DNA from: the human T2T-CHM13v2.0 reference genome, Homo sapiens | Reading direction: 5' to 3' (one strand) | DNA: 64,000 nucleotides | Assembly (NCBI RefSeq): GCF_009914755.1 | Contig: NC_060928.1 | Shown here: piece by piece, positions 63,456 through 64,000 of the stretch | How positions within the stretch are numbered: position 1 is the first letter of the stretch | How the letters are laid out: every line of letters starts with the position of its first letter | Translations under genes and position numbers: made by a program | The notes under the pieces: model-generated | The model's database searches: none | The model's input: the letters and a program-made list of their open reading frames with translations, nothing else | What the model was told of the DNA's origin: nothing

Positions 63456-64000
63456 TGTTAGACTGGTAGGAACAGATATGAAGAGAAATAAATAAATGGA
63501 AGGATAAATATTAGAAACAGAATGCATTGGAATTCCTCATTAATTGATATGCAAGGAAGGGGGGACAATCACTGATGACCTCAAAATTATGGCTTAAGGA
63601 AGTATTGGATTACAGTGCATTTACTGAGATAAACAAATCTCCATTTGTTTTGAAATGACTTAGTTTCATGACTTTATTAACCCGCCCCAGCATACTTATG
63701 AACTATTTTGTTCAAAATCCCTCTCCATTCTTTAGGAATACTCCAATATTTTATCCACATTGTAAGGTCATTTTCACATCTGCTGCAGCACACAGAGAGG
63801 ACACACAATTAATTATTGATTTTATATTTGTTCATAGTATCTCTATCCATCTAATATTTATAACAATGACTCAGATTATTGGCATTTTGCAAATTTCTGA
63901 GAGTTCTATGTTTAAATGACTGTCATTCAGCTCTTTCCAAAACATAAAGGGGTTAATTAATATTTCATAGATACAGCCTAATAGTATCTGTTTCAAGCTT

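Overview
AT-rich, repeat-dense primate genomic DNA, almost certainly human, because it carries an L1HS-Ta fragment with the human-specific ACA/G diagnostics. I found no intact protein-coding gene, rRNA, tRNA or CRISPR array. Much of the window is interspersed repeat: a full-length, inactivated L1PA6-like element (20300-26773, 16-bp TSD), a near full-length Tigger1, Tigger3/MER44/MER58 DNA transposons, MaLR and ERV1 solo LTRs, about ten Alu/FLAM/FRAM copies, and old L1M/L2/MIR. Three things stand out. (1) In the unique DNA between the repeats, about 20 plus-strand exon-like segments with splice signals, partly compatible phases and scattered stops or frameshifts suggest a long-dead multi-exon gene, tentatively CCDC162-like from recalled similarity that I could not verify. 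(2) A very young L1HS-Ta 3' fragment sits inside the old L1, with a target-site deletion instead of a TSD. (3) There are short locally templated duplications, one of which appears to preserve the empty pre-AluY site. Repeat subfamily names come from recognition of consensus sequences from memory, and the boundaries of old repeats are approximate.
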